The notes below the pieces were generated by a model, which saw nothing but the letters and a program-made list of their open reading frames with translations, did no database searches and was not told the DNA's origin. A program made the translations under genes and the position numbers. From Trichosphaerium sp. ATCC 40318 (Eukaryota > Protista > Tubulinea): a DNA stretch of 64,000 nt. Location of the stretch: contig JALMLS010000216.1 in assembly GCA_038496445.1 (NCBI GenBank), positions 558,001 to 622,000 of the forward strand. The letters are read 5' to 3'. How positions within the stretch are numbered: position 1 is the first letter of the stretch; every line of letters starts with the position of its first letter. Shown here piece after piece: positions 25,143 through 37,629 of this stretch.

Positions 25143-28100
25143 ATGCGTAGCGTGTTTAAGCAGATAGATAATATAAATCAGCGATCAATCGGCGGTAAAT
25201 GTCAAAATAATGTTTAATATGTACGCTAATACGTTTAGATGATACGATATTGGAGAAAGTGAGATCCTATGTCGAAAAGGAGCTCCAGTTACCTGCTAAA
25301 CAAAATGAATTCATGCAAATCAATGCCTACGGCAGTTTAAAGCAAGCGTTGAAAAACGAGGTGGAGGTTTTTGCAAACAAAAAAGCTAATAGGTCAAAAG
25401 GATGATAGAGTAATCGGGGCGTGTTTGAGAATCATTGGGGCAGCTGGTGTTCGCATAGAACGCCTAAGAACTGAAAACATTTTTCCTGACTTTGAATCGC
25501 TTCTAAACCTCTGGTACGTATTAATTGCGCGTCAAAAAGCGGTATAAACCACTAGCGACAAATAGCTGACCAAAACTCCGTTTAAAACTTTTCATTCTTT
25601 CTCCTGTCTCAACCTTCATAGCAACGAATATTCTGAGTCTGGATCTATACTAGCTGGATGCTTGGACCTCTTGAAATCATTGGCAATGTACTTGTACGGT
25701 TTTTTGATCATGTACATGTTGTATTGCACGTGATTACTCACGTTGTATTTAGAAATGAAGACAGACAAATACAAAGTCGACTAGGATTTATTACGGATTT
25801 GATACATAGATCAATGAGCTTTTCTTCACATTTTGTACGTTAGACTTTGTTGCTTTTTTAGTTTTCGTCTTTTTGTATGTCTCTAGCTAAAGGTTTATTG
25901 TTTTAAGGTTGGTGAACTTGCAGTGGACCTTCTTGTAGATTTATTCGACTTGCCTATACTTTCAGAAAGCGCTTTGGTACTATTGAATCATATGCTCAAT
26001 GAGGAGAATCAAAACAAGCTAGCACTTGTAAATATTGTATGAACAAAATCATGGAACTTGTGAGAAGCTAAAAACCTGCTAGGTATACGCCTTATTAAAG
26101 CGTAAGACTCCAGGAACAAAGAGAGCCCTAGTCGAGTCTCGAGCATTCTCAAAAATGATAAGCCTGCTCAAGTATGTCAGCTGGTAAAATTGTACCTCAC
26201 TATTGTTTAGTTCCAACAACAAGATTCTTCGATTTCGGTACATGGAATGCATAGAAGTCGCTTGTAGATTCCAATTACTTGGCCTTATTTCACAAGAAGC
26301 GCCAATTGATAACGAAGAAGGAGGTATGAATTATAATAAAGGCACTACCTCCTCACGAGCAAAACTAGGTATCAAAGTTCTCGAAGGTCAAATGAGAAAT
26401 ATGTTACAGAAAGGAAAAGGTACATCACTAATGTTTGATTGTAGTACTTACTATGTTTATTATTTAGCAACTGATATTATACAGACTCTTGGCTTTTTGC
26501 TGTTCCATACAGACAAAGCCTTGTCTTGGCTTGAAGTGAATTTGGGTGTTCTTTTACGATTTTGTTTGAACGATATTTCATTCACAACAGGTACAGCGTT
26601 TCATCCACGCCTTTAACATCTCTATTGTAGACTGTTTCATTAGTGACGTGGTAACAAGTTTGTCACCATCAGATCTATTTAAGGTTAGAAAAGAATGCTT
26701 GACAGTTGTATTGTCGCTCTCCAAACATGAAAAACTTCAAAACTTGGTACAGGTAAGGAACATGACTAGTAAGATACGTGCTTATTTTTGTTGAAATATA
26801 GAAGTGGATACCTGTTGTAATAGAATCTCTACGTAACGTTCGCGCTGGGACACCAAGGCACGAGATATCAGCGGTTATGAACAAATGTTGCGATATCCTT
26901 TTGACTTGTATGGAAAAATCAAAGGATAGAAAAGGTACAAAGTGAAACCTACAGTATATTCTTATTCTTTTTGATAAATCTAACGCTTTTTCATCAGTAT
27001 TCTCTGTGATAAAAGGTCACATGAACGAGATTTTAGCACTTGTTGGTGATACATACACAATGTCAACACATAGACTTCTTCAACTTATTAAGCACCTGCT
27101 TATCGATGCTGGGTCATCTAGTGCTTTGGCAAGCCCAGACACAATCTTCAAGGTGATTTTACAATCTTTTTCTAGCTCTTCTTTGATGTTTACTAACTGT
27201 TTTTAACCTAAAGGAATTCGCTAATGCCATTGAGTTTATAAAAAAACTTTCGATTCATCAGTACCCTGAGATGCGTGTTGAGGCCATTAAAATAGTTACA
27301 GAGCTTTACAAAAGCTCTTCAACTGTTTTATTTGCAAGAAAGAATCTAAGAGAATCCGTAATAGATCGTCTTAGCGATGGAGAAGGCCTTGTTCGCGCAG
27401 AGGCTATAAAGGTTGGTGGACTTGAAGTTTTGTTAACACTTACCATTTGTAGTGCATTATGTGCATTACGTACTCGCTCTTGGAGGTTGATAAAGTAATA
27501 TATTTCGATAAGTTGCTCACAGATGATGAATCTCAAGTTAGGCTACAGGTTCGACTAGCTAAAAACGGTGTAAAAAAAGTAATTTATAATTTCTTTTTTA
27601 GGCTTTAGGAATGGTGACTCAACTGTTACGCAAAAAAGAACCTTGTTCTGCTTTTGATGGCAGTGATAGTGTATTGAAGCTTTTGTCGTGAGTACTTACT
27701 GCATCGCGTATTATCTTACGCTAGTATAGAGGCTTGTCAAAGGATGTAGATTGGGAGATACGACAACTCTGTTGTCATACATTTTTCTGCCTTGCTGATG
27801 CTAAACCTGCTTTGTTCTGGTCTTTGAATTGTACTGGGCATACAACTATATTTGTGGTTGTTAATACTTCTTTTAGGTTTGTTTTGTATTAAGGACATGT
27901 GCGAAGACAGAATAAGACTAGTGAGGTGAGTTGTTTCGTCTTATAAGTAGTGTTCTTTCTTACAATTTTCTGAAAAAGGTTGGCAGCATTTACGGCTCTG
28001 GAGAACTTGTTAACTTTACAAACACCTGAATTCACTCAAAATGACAGCTACAAGAAGTTCATTACATTTACAGGCAATCTGAGTACGATAAAAGCCAAAC

Positions 28101-28255
28101 ATTAGAGTATTTTTATTAATCTGTTTGTAGATTTACCTGAGCTTAAGAAAAGGCAACAGTTTGAACATTTTTACGATGCCTGTGATGAGATGATTCAGCC
28201 TGAATCAGACAGCAATCAGCCTCCACAAGAGCATATTTTAGATTGTCCGTTCTAA
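25143..28255 (+). CDS. BRAT1: BRAT1-like ARM/HEAT-repeat protein, multi-exon
   Basis: N-term DDTILEKV (cf. human DDTCLEKL), HEAT motifs DGEGLVRAEA, DVDWEIR, EDRIRLVR, C-terminal ILDCPF* (cf. ADCY*). Confidence 0.72.
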
Positions 28256-28516
28256 GGTTAGTACATTGTGAATTGACTTCGTTAAAAAAACCGACTTATT
28301 GTCAGAAGAATAAAACGTCAAACTCATGTCTCCTTGCTTGTTATACACTACATACAATGTCAATATCTCCCTTGCTAGAGTGTTACTCGATATTTAGGTT
28401 GTAGCGCTCTGAACCATTCGGCCTTTCTGAAGAAAAAGGCAAAGAAGTTTTTTTTTTCTTCCCTTCACCAAACGTCAAATAAGTTCTTTTTGTCCATTAA
28501 ATTGATCTATTGCAGC

Positions 28517-29712
28517 ATGAGCACATACCCTCCTACATCTAATACACACAACGTATACATTGGTAACCTTCACCCTGGTATTACAGAACAAGAACTAAAA
28601 GACAGCTTTAATGACGCCGGTGCTATCGCGTATGTAAAGATAATAAAAGACCGTAATACAGGTGAGTTTTTAATTAAATCGAGGAATTTGTAAAATTTAT
28701 CCTTTCTTACAACTCTATAGGCTTATGTAAAGGTTATGGCTTCATTTACTTTGAGAATTATGAAGGTCAGCAAAAGGCTTTGCAAATTCCATTCAGTGCG
28801 CTTTCTATTAAAGGCCAGGTGTGCCACACGAAGCCAGCCGTACAGAAATCAAATAATTACAATAATAATCCCTCACGATACAACAACAACAGCAACGCGC
28901 CATCAAAAGTGTTATTTGTTGGTAATCTAGATCCTAAGACAACAGAAGAGACTTTAAACAAAACCTTTTCGCCTTACGGCCAAATAATACGCGCTACTAT
29001 AAAACAAGACCCTCAAACTGGTATATCAAGAGGTTTTGGGTTTGTAGAATTCCAAGATATCTCTTCTTGCGATAGTTACCTTCAAGAACAGCCTGTGACA
29101 ACTATAGATGGTAGTAGCGTAAGAATAGAGCGTGCTAAGCCTCAACAACCTAGACGACCTCATTACCCAAGAACTGCGCGTCACCATAACGCGCCAATGT
29201 ACGGTAATCCACCTCCAAACAACGTACGTTCTTTTTTCTTCTTCATATTGTTTTACCTGCAACTCACTCCTCCTCTAGTATTACTACCCTCCAGCAGCAG
29301 CTAACCCGTATCCTGCATGGCAACAAACTGGATGGCAACCACAACCACATCAAATGCATGGAGCAGGGTCAGCACCTGCAGCGCCTCAATATTCCTATTA
29401 CAACAATGCGCCTCCAGCGGCTTCTTACAACAATGCACCTCCTGCAGCTGCCTACAACAATGCGCCTCCTGCAGCTGCTTACAACAACGCACCTCCTGCA
29501 GCCGCTTACAACAATGCGCCCCCTGCAGCTGCACCTCAGACTTGGATGGGGTCCCATACAAACGCTAGTAATCAGCCTCTTCCTCGAGGAGGTCCTGCTC
29601 GCCGAAGACATGGCAAAACACAAAAGGTTCGGATTGTTTTGTAAAAAATTTTATTTTGTTTTTAACTTTGTACCCTCTCCAGGCATCTTCAGCTTATCAC
29701 CCTTATTATTGA
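28517..29712 (+). CDS. Two-RRM RNA-binding protein with Tyr/Asn/Pro/Ala low-complexity tail and PY-NLS
   Basis: RNP2 VYIGNL and LFVGNL; RNP1 KGYGFIYF and RGFGFVEF; ends ..ASSAYHPYY*. Confidence 0.92.
29399..29533 (+). repeat. Coding tandem repeat, 5 x 27 bp (YNNAPPAA[A/S])
   Basis: tacaacaa(t/c)gc(g/a)cc.cc(t/a)gcagc.. repeated five times with synonymous differences. Confidence 0.95.
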
Positions 29713-30843
29713 ACATCTAAATTTCCTTCTCTTTTCTTGCGTGGAAACTCCTCTTTCAACAAATCGACAAAAAAAAAAGACAACAAACCCAAAAAAAGCC
29801 GATTATTGCCGTTCGCTTACTTCCGATTCCGAAACTTTTTTGTTTGACGCATTTTTTACATACACACAAGACAAGTTTTCGTATTAATATCAGCAAAGTA
29901 ATCAATCGAAACACGTTGTTTCCACGCAAAAAAAAAAAAAAAAAAATCAAAAAAAAAAAAAATCATCCACCATATCATGCTCCTAAGCTTGTTTGTTTAA
30001 ACGACAAAAAATAATATTAATCTGTACATAAACCTAACTCTCCAAGTTTTTGTTTTCGTTTTTTTAGCAATTCTTAGCGATAGACCCTCACTTCTCTCTT
30101 CAATTGTATTATTTCTTCACCCTTTTTTACTCCCCCTCGTTGCACTAACCGCTCTTCGCAAGCAGTGTTATTTACCTGCTTGCTTATGACCGGATTTACT
30201 CTACCGTTATTATGTCCGCTTGTTTTTTTTCAATTAGAAAAATCTGTTGCGCTTAAACTGTTTTTGCCGTTTTTAGACTGTTGTTAAGCTTACCTAATAA
30301 CTTTTTTGTAGCTCTATGGCGCTTTGTTTGAATGTATGTACTGCGCTATACGGGTCTTGCTATTGAATCCGTATGTCGTTGTATGCACAATATAACAGGA
30401 GTGGCAAGCAAGTTGATGTAGTAAGTTGGAGTTGCTGAAGAGCGAACCAGCTAGTTGGACCTTGTGGCAAGGAATTAAACGTTTTAGGTTTTTTTGGTTC
30501 ACGCAGTGCCCTGCCCACGTGTCGCCAAATTATCAAAACTTAAAATCAAGATTACCCTGTTTAAGGTACCATTGGTTAAATTGGACTGCACAAAGCAGTA
30601 TTATGATTCAATTCAACAGTACAGTTAGTTCCGGAAACACTAAGCCAATAATTGTACTAAAGGCAGAAATCTTGATTGGGAATGAAGTTATTGATGACTT
30701 TTTTGGCTTTTAGTACTTTTACACGCATATGTTTAGCTACAGAGTTAGTATTGACAATTATTATAATGATAAACAGTTCGTGTTAGTTATGTTAAGTGGC
30801 TTTGCATGAAGTCTCAAACATTAAACAACCTTAACCTTTTACA

Positions 30844-31056
30844 ATGTCGCAACCCTTCGTACCTCCTTCCAATCAACCTACTACACGCTCTCAAACGGGA
30901 GACACACCACTTACACGCCAAGAAACTGATAAACCGGCAGCAACTGGAGCACAAAGCACCCAAATACCTTCAGACTCTCCTTTCGTTCCTGCAACTGGAG
31001 CACCTGTGACAAGAGCTCAAACAGGTGCCACACCTCAAACTCGCGCCCAAGATTGA
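30844..31056 (+). CDS. 70-aa intronless Thr/Pro/Gln-rich microprotein with internal duplication
   Basis: ACAATG start, GC-richer than flanks, AATAAA downstream at ~31087-31112; duplicated PFVP..P.TR.QTG.TP.TR unit. Confidence 0.7.
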   Translation: MSQPFVPPSNQPTTRSQTGDTPLTRQETDKPAATGAQSTQIPSDSPFVPATGAPVTRAQTGATPQTRAQD

Positions 31057-31503
31057 TGGTGGCATCCCAAAGCAACAAGAAATTCGACTAGTCTCTTGTA
31101 CCGCATAATAAAGATTCTCCATTTGACAACAAGGCCAAAAGTGAACAGTTTTTCTGAAATTGCTATCTCGTTTCTAAAATAGGTAAACAAGCATAACTGC
31201 TATGATTTATACCTATTGGCTTACGTTGTTTCAATACTGGCAGTAGCAACGATAATTCGGCATTAAGCAACAATGCTGACTTTTTTTTTCAATACACAAC
31301 TTTGTCTGTACTGTCTTGTCATCTTTGTAAAAGATGTGAGCTCACTTGACCATTATCACACTGTTACATACTTATAACACAACAAAAAGACAATACCAAA
31401 ACCCTGTGTTGTAATACACAAGCAAGTGATAGTATACAATAAAGTAGTAGATGATGTTCAAACTCTCTTTTGTTTTGTTGTGGTTTTCCCACAGATACAC
31501 GTG

Positions 31504-32749
31504 TTAGGATTGAGCAGCAATCATGGTTCGCGATCGTAAATCGAATAGTATTACACATACTATTACTTGGTATATGTGTTGTAAGTATCTTGGACCAAAG
31601 TTAACAAAGACGCCTCCAAGTGTAAGTATAACCAAGTCAAAGCTTTTAAAGAAAACATCAGAGATTTGATAGAATGAATAAAAAGTAGCCAAATAAGAAG
31701 CCATATATCTATTTAATATTAGTGTTAAACCTTTTGAGTTGTATCATAGGACGTACATTAGGTATGACGTTTTTGGACCAATGTACTTCTTAAACTTAAG
31801 AGTGTGAAGAAACATCGAAATTGTTGTAGCAAAAGCACCTATGTTAAGAAAAAAAGAAGATTAGATGAGTTCGATATGTGAGCACGTGGGTTTTTGAGTA
31901 TTTTTTTAAGGTTGCGTACTGAATATCAGTAATAGATACATGTGTCGTTGTTGCTCTTCAGTGATCCTGTTTAAGAAGCGTGTATAGTTCATAAAGAATC
32001 CAATGAAATGTTTCGCCCAAATATAGAAAACCTTCGTTATCCACGTCGCTACGAAGTAAAACATGTAGTTCTTTTCAGACTTAGATTTATCATTATTAAG
32101 AGAGTCGCGAAACCTGTGGTACAAACCATTAGAAGAAAAAACCCAAAAACGGATCACGTGATACTTTTTTTTGGGCAAAGTTGTGCTTCGCTTATTTTCA
32201 GTTACGAAAGGTTTTGTGAAGAAAACTCGATACCACGTACCTTGTTTGAGGAAAGAACCATCGTAAGACATAAGGAAAAAAGACGAAAGCAATCTCCACT
32301 ATCATTAACTTGTTTACCAACAGGTCATAAAAAAAGTCGCTGTAGTAAAGCCATTGGAAAAGGAGTATACTAGCGAAGAAAATGTTCTCTTTTACAAAGG
32401 AGTAACTAAGAGCGCTTTTATCACTATAATATCCAGGATCTGATTGTCTTTTTGGTAAAAACGAGAAATAATACGTAGCAGTGATGCTTTGCGTAAGGCC
32501 TAGCGTTAATAGTTAATTGGGGGTAGTAGTGAACGAAAAAAGCTTTGGATTTTTTTTTTCGTGTTAAAAAAACAGTTAAACAAGCGACGAACCATTGAGA
32601 GGTAGGGACCACACCAAGAAAGAAGTTTTGAATGAATCATAGTCGGAAAAGTACAGATACAGGCACGCTACATACTGAAATAGATAAACTAAACCAAGAA
32701 ATCTATGAAATAAGAACTGCTTATTAAAGAACAGCGTAACAACCCACAT
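31504..32749 (-). CDS. Uncharacterised multi-pass membrane protein, multi-exon
   Basis: Spliced: HRFLGLVYLFQY.., DPGYYSDKSALSYSFVKENIFF, KVFYIWAKHFIGFFMNY.RF, TISMFLHTLKFKKYIGP; many hydrophobic segments. Confidence 0.7.
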
Positions 32750-32805
32750 AATTTGGTTTACCAAAGCAAAGTCACTTACTTCCAGTATGACTTAACAAAA
32801 ACCAT

Positions 32806-33170
32806 CATGTGTTTCAACAATGCTGGAGAAGCGTTTTAACTACTACTCAGGTACAACTGTTTGGTGTTCATAGTATTAACCTGAGAAACACTTTAGTAAC
32901 AGATAAAGGAATCAAGTACCTTACTGGTGTTCCTGAGACACTTCAGTTACGGATGAAGGAATCAAGTACATTGCTGGTGTACATGCTATTAGTCTAGATA
33001 AAACACTAGTAACTGACAAAAGAGTCAAAGAATTAAAAGGTGTTCATATCTTTAGCCTTCAGGAGACATGTGTAACCGACAAAGGAGTAATAGCTTTAAG
33101 AGTTGTTCACACAATTGACACATTGAGTATTGTGAAGCTACTGACAAAGTAAAAGGTTTATTCTAACCGC
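32806..33170 (+). pseudogene. Frameshifted remnant of GVHTI-type LRR gene (same family as 61219-62073)
   Basis: GVHSINLRNTLVTDKGIKYLTGV, then a frame change to SVTDEGIKYIAGVHAISLDKTLVTDKRVKELKGVHIFSLQETCVTDKGV; no intron signals restore frame. Confidence 0.75.
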
Positions 33171-33391
33171 CAATTCCAAATATGGTGGAATGTACTACAG
33201 AGGCTAACAGTAAATAGCACAAGCAAGGTAAAAAAACAATAAACACGTGCAAGAACAACGATTTTATTAATAACCCGAAATGTTGTTATGGTACAATGGA
33301 AAGCTCACTGCACCGTTAATAGGCCAGAATGATTTATGACTTCTCATAAAAAGAAGCAAATAACAACCACACCTATGCGAGAACTTAACAG

Positions 33392-33998
33392 TTAAGGAAG
33401 AAAAAATAGAGTTGTAAAAAAGCGCTCATGTTTCTTCTCGTACGTAGATATGAACAGGTGACAATACTCATCAAGATTTTCATTGGGAGGAAAGGGTACT
33501 GCGGGACCTGCAAATGTACGAAAGGTTTCTCTACCCTCTGTAGTGAAAGAGAAGTCTCCTACTTTTTTCCCTTGATGTATAACTTCAGCAGTCATTTCAT
33601 GGAACGACCCTGTGTATGGGCACCCTTCTCCTGGGTCAACTCTTCTAGTATAGCTTTTTGTTGTAGTCATGTTTACTTCTACACAATAGCATTCCTTGGA
33701 AACACGTGTCATCTTCTTAACACCTCTTCTTATTTTATACTCAGAGTATTCTTCATTTGGTTTTGCTTTAATCTTTTCCACATAATCAGGAGCTATTTTT
33801 CCATCTAGCACTCTTATTACAGTGTTATTGAGAAAATTTATTACACGCACCTGTGAGACTGAAATAGTGGCTGTCATACGGAGCTGTTTCAACGTAATAG
33901 TACTTATAAGGGTGCTACAAAACAAAAATCAATAAGTTGAAAGACTGCCACTTACGAACGTAAATAAAAATGGTCTTGTCGTCTTCACAATGATACAT
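33392..33998 (-). CDS. Hypothetical protein, 3 exons
   Basis: Two GT-AG introns restore a continuous frame MYHCEDDKTIFIY-HPYKYYYVETAPYDSHYFSLT-DGKIAPDY...FFLP*; no family recognised. Confidence 0.55.
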
Positions 33999-34795
33999 AT
34001 TACTATTTGCAGGTACTTTCTGTTGACACTAAGCTTGTAAGAAAACGTCATGTGAAACGGATTTCAGTGAAGTACTCTATGAAGTCGTCTAAAAGCTTGA
34101 AAATAGCTCTCCGACTGTTGTTTTATTACGTGGCCCCATCTTGAGTTCATCAAAGCTAGTAGTTTTTAACCGTAGTCGTATAATTTTAAACAACACGTGA
34201 CGTGTGATTAGTACCTCTCCATAAAGAGTCATGCGCTATCACTTTGTTTAAAGCACTGCAGGTACTTGATAATGTTAAAGTATCTTTAAAACACCCAAAA
34301 TTGCCTGAAAAGCATGTTAGTTAAAGTAGCACACAGATGTTTTATGCTAACATATCACGTGTATAAGTTCGCGAGGAAGCCAAATCAGCGTAGTTTGATT
34401 GTTACGCACTGCATTTGGTGATAGCATTTGTGCTTTGCTTATTGGATCTTTTACTTCTTTACAGTGTGGAAGTTAAGTAATGATCACTGAATTTAAAACC
34501 ATTTCTTTGTGAACACTTTTTCATTAAACGTGTTCACAAGACTGTTACTCAAATCTACACCTTGTTACTGTACCTGTGGTTAGCCTTGTGCCAAGGATTG
34601 TAAGTTTGATGTAAACCATTTGACAGGCAGAGTTAAAACTCATCCCACGAATTAAATGGCTATTGTTTCCCTGAGTTTTCCCACTAAACTTATGGATCTG
34701 AGATCAACGGCTTACATCTCAGGAAGGTAACTCCATAGATAGCTATACAACCCAGCGTGTTTATTTACAATAAAATCAACTTACAATTCATTTCT

Positions 34796-35941
34796 TCAAG
34801 AGAATCTTTCAAACCTTTCTTTCCATTGCTTTTCCAAATCAGCATCTGGGCTTTTGCCATAAAATGGTAAATTATCTTTCACATATGCAAGTACATCTGG
34901 GTGCGTAAGTTCCGATGCTGATTTATAATCACCAGTAAGTAGCTTTTGTCTCAACTTTGTGCTTGAATGGTCTCCAATACGGTCATCTTCGAGCCAATAA
35001 AAAGTTCTACAAACCAACAATTAATGGCGAACTAAAAAAGTAAATTACCTTTTTTCGTTATCTTTCTGTTTCTTAAGTGTATCTGCTTGGTATTCTGTCA
35101 TTTTAAATCCAGGCCTTGAAAGGCCACATACGCCATACTGTTTACTAGAATGAAAGAACAGTCTGCATCGCAGAAACAAATCTAAGCCATAAATGAGAAC
35201 TTGGAAAATGTTAAAACTAAACAACAAACCTCCACCACAAACATAGAAAAAGTTGAATTCTCTGTCAGGGAATTTCGTCCTAACATAGGCTGCAATGGCC
35301 TTTGTAACTGCGCCAAAGTCTACAAACACTGGTTGATCTGATTCCCAACTAGATAGAGCAATCCAGTCGCTGTCCGAGCAAGCTATTTCAACCATCTTAC
35401 ACCTGTATAAATTTGGTAAGAGAACGGACTAAGCACGAAGGTTGTTGAAGTATAAGGTGTTTACCTGTGTTTTGAGTGTATACCTTCAGTCGAACCAAGT
35501 TTTGACATCACGTGATTATTGTGACTTGGTGATACATAAGCACCTAAGCGATTTTTGTCAGTTTTCACTGAAAAGAAGTTTTTCAAATAAAATGAAACGT
35601 ACCAACTACGTTGAAGTTTAGTTTTTCAAGGTGCTCGCGCGTGATTTTATGTATTTCGGTATGCATATGATGAATAGGGCAAAAAGAGCTTCAAAAACAA
35701 TTAATAACTGCTAATATTGGTTAAATACGACGTACCCAGTAGAAACAAGTACTGCTAGCGGTCTATTATCATCTTGGGCTATTTTACTAATATTTTTGCT
35801 GATTTTACTGGTTGGTACGCTTTCTTCGCTCGCTGGTATTCGTTCATTTTGTTGCAGGCGTTTTATTTGTGGTTTATCATTATCCCTCGCATTTGCTGCC
35901 AAGTCATCCATTGCTGAAGGACTACTAAAAAACGAGCCCAT
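34796..35941 (-). CDS. NMN/NaMN adenylyltransferase-like cytidylyltransferase-fold protein with N-myristoylation-like start
   Basis: STGSFCPIHHMH (HxxH), VGAYVSPSH..V.SKL, HRCKMVEIACSDSDWI..WES, YVCGGD, HSSTKLR. Confidence 0.85.
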
Positions 35942-36242
35942 TACGTTCTATAGTGTGAAAGTGGAAGAATTTCGTCTAAAGCGTTGTCAGTTAGGTGAAA
36001 TTCACGCTCTTGAAAAAGTCCGAGTTTTCTGACCTCAATAATAAACGCTTGTACCTGAATGTTGTGCCATGAAATTGTTTCGTCCTCTTTATGTACTTGT
36101 TCGAATTTAGGTGCACGCGGAGTTTCAACAAACTTATTCTTCTACAATTACATAAAGCATGAAAGACATTTCAGCAAGAAACACTTGAGCAAACACTTTG
36201 ACACAATTTATCAAAACAAGATGCTTTGTTGAAGTTTACGCC

Positions 36243-37417
36243 TCACGTTGAGCTTTTTGGTGTTTTGTTTATTAATTTATTCATATCAATTTCCAATCCA
36301 ATAGGGCAATGATCAGAACCGCCATGTACTTCATTACTAATCCAACTATTTTGAACACAATCAATAATATCATTATCAACTAAGCTATAATCTAAACGCC
36401 ATCCTCTATGATTCTTACGATCATATTTTGGAAAAGGCCAGTAAGAATACATTGTCTTTGGTCCATGAAAGTGTCTGAAGCTATCTACAAGGTTTGTCTT
36501 ATCCATTAGATCAGTAATAGCATCTCGTTCTTGACTTGTAAAACTACTTGTATTTGCAAAATGAATAGGATCATGAATATCGATTTCCTACATTTTTAAA
36601 TAAGTATCACATGTTAAACACGTGCTCTCGAAAAACGTTTGATTTATGAGTATTGTTGACAAGTTTGTGGTGATGAAAAACGTACATGATGGGCTGCGTT
36701 TAGGTCACCAATAATTACAACAGGTTTTTTAGTTTCTTTTTTCAAACTCTGAACATGTTCGCAAAGTGCATCGTCCCACAATTTCCTACGCTCTAATCCT
36801 GTAAGTCTACGTACATAACCTGTACTTGGATTGTATATATTCATAAGAATAACTAAAAGAAAGGCGTTAGGAAGGTAAAATACATAAAACAAGCAAAGGG
36901 TTTTCTTACAATTTTCATATTCTAGTGTTATAAGTCTTCCTTCTTTAGAGACAGAATGATCAACTTCAAGATTATTTATTACATTAACTGGTTTTGTTTT
37001 ACTCAAAACAAGTGTCCCTGCATATCCCTAGGTCGCTGTTACTGCACTGTGAATGAATTTTTGTTAAATTTCTGAAAATGTTTTTTTTCACTTTTTACCT
37101 TTTTTTCAGCAGAGTTCCAGTAGTGGTTGTATTTTGCAAATGGTTTTGTATCAAACGCCGAAAAATCTACTTGCTCCTTCATTGCCTTCACTTCTTGAAG
37201 GCAAATAACATCAGCATCGCCGCATCTTTTTTAAATTGATTAATTGTGATTGTAAACGATATTTCTGGTTATTTAAACGCGTATGGTATTAGTTTTAGCG
37301 AGTTTGATGCTATAAAAAATAAAAGTACCGTTTAGAGTCCCAAACGTTAGAGAATCCTTCTGTCTTCTTCAACGTAGCGCGTATACCATTGACATTCCAG
37401 CTGACAATGCGTAACAT
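36243..37417 (-). CDS. Exodeoxyribonuclease III / AP endonuclease (APE1/Xth family)
   Basis: IVSWNVNGIRA, DVICLQEVK, GYAGT, EGRLITLEY, GDLNAAH, DSFRHFH..YSYW, GWRLDY, GSDHCPI. Confidence 0.95.
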
Positions 37418-37629
37418 TAATAAAAGTAGCGCTACTTGTTGTAGCAACGCGTAATGCCAACTGTAATACTACAATACGTAAATCAAAGCACGTCAACTCA
37501 ATTCTTATCTAGGTCATTGTTTACCTAAAAAGTGTCCAAATCCAAACTGTCATTTGGTTTTTGTTTATTTCTACGCCTCAAAAAAAGCTACAAGGTTTTT
37601 ATGGTTTTTTTTTGTGATTTTTTGTTTCC

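Noticed and set aside
29301-29720. Cys-rich (metallothionein-like) and other overlapping ORFs
   Set aside because: Alternative-frame shadows of the 27-bp YNNAPPAAA repeat; third-position variation fits the YNNAPP frame
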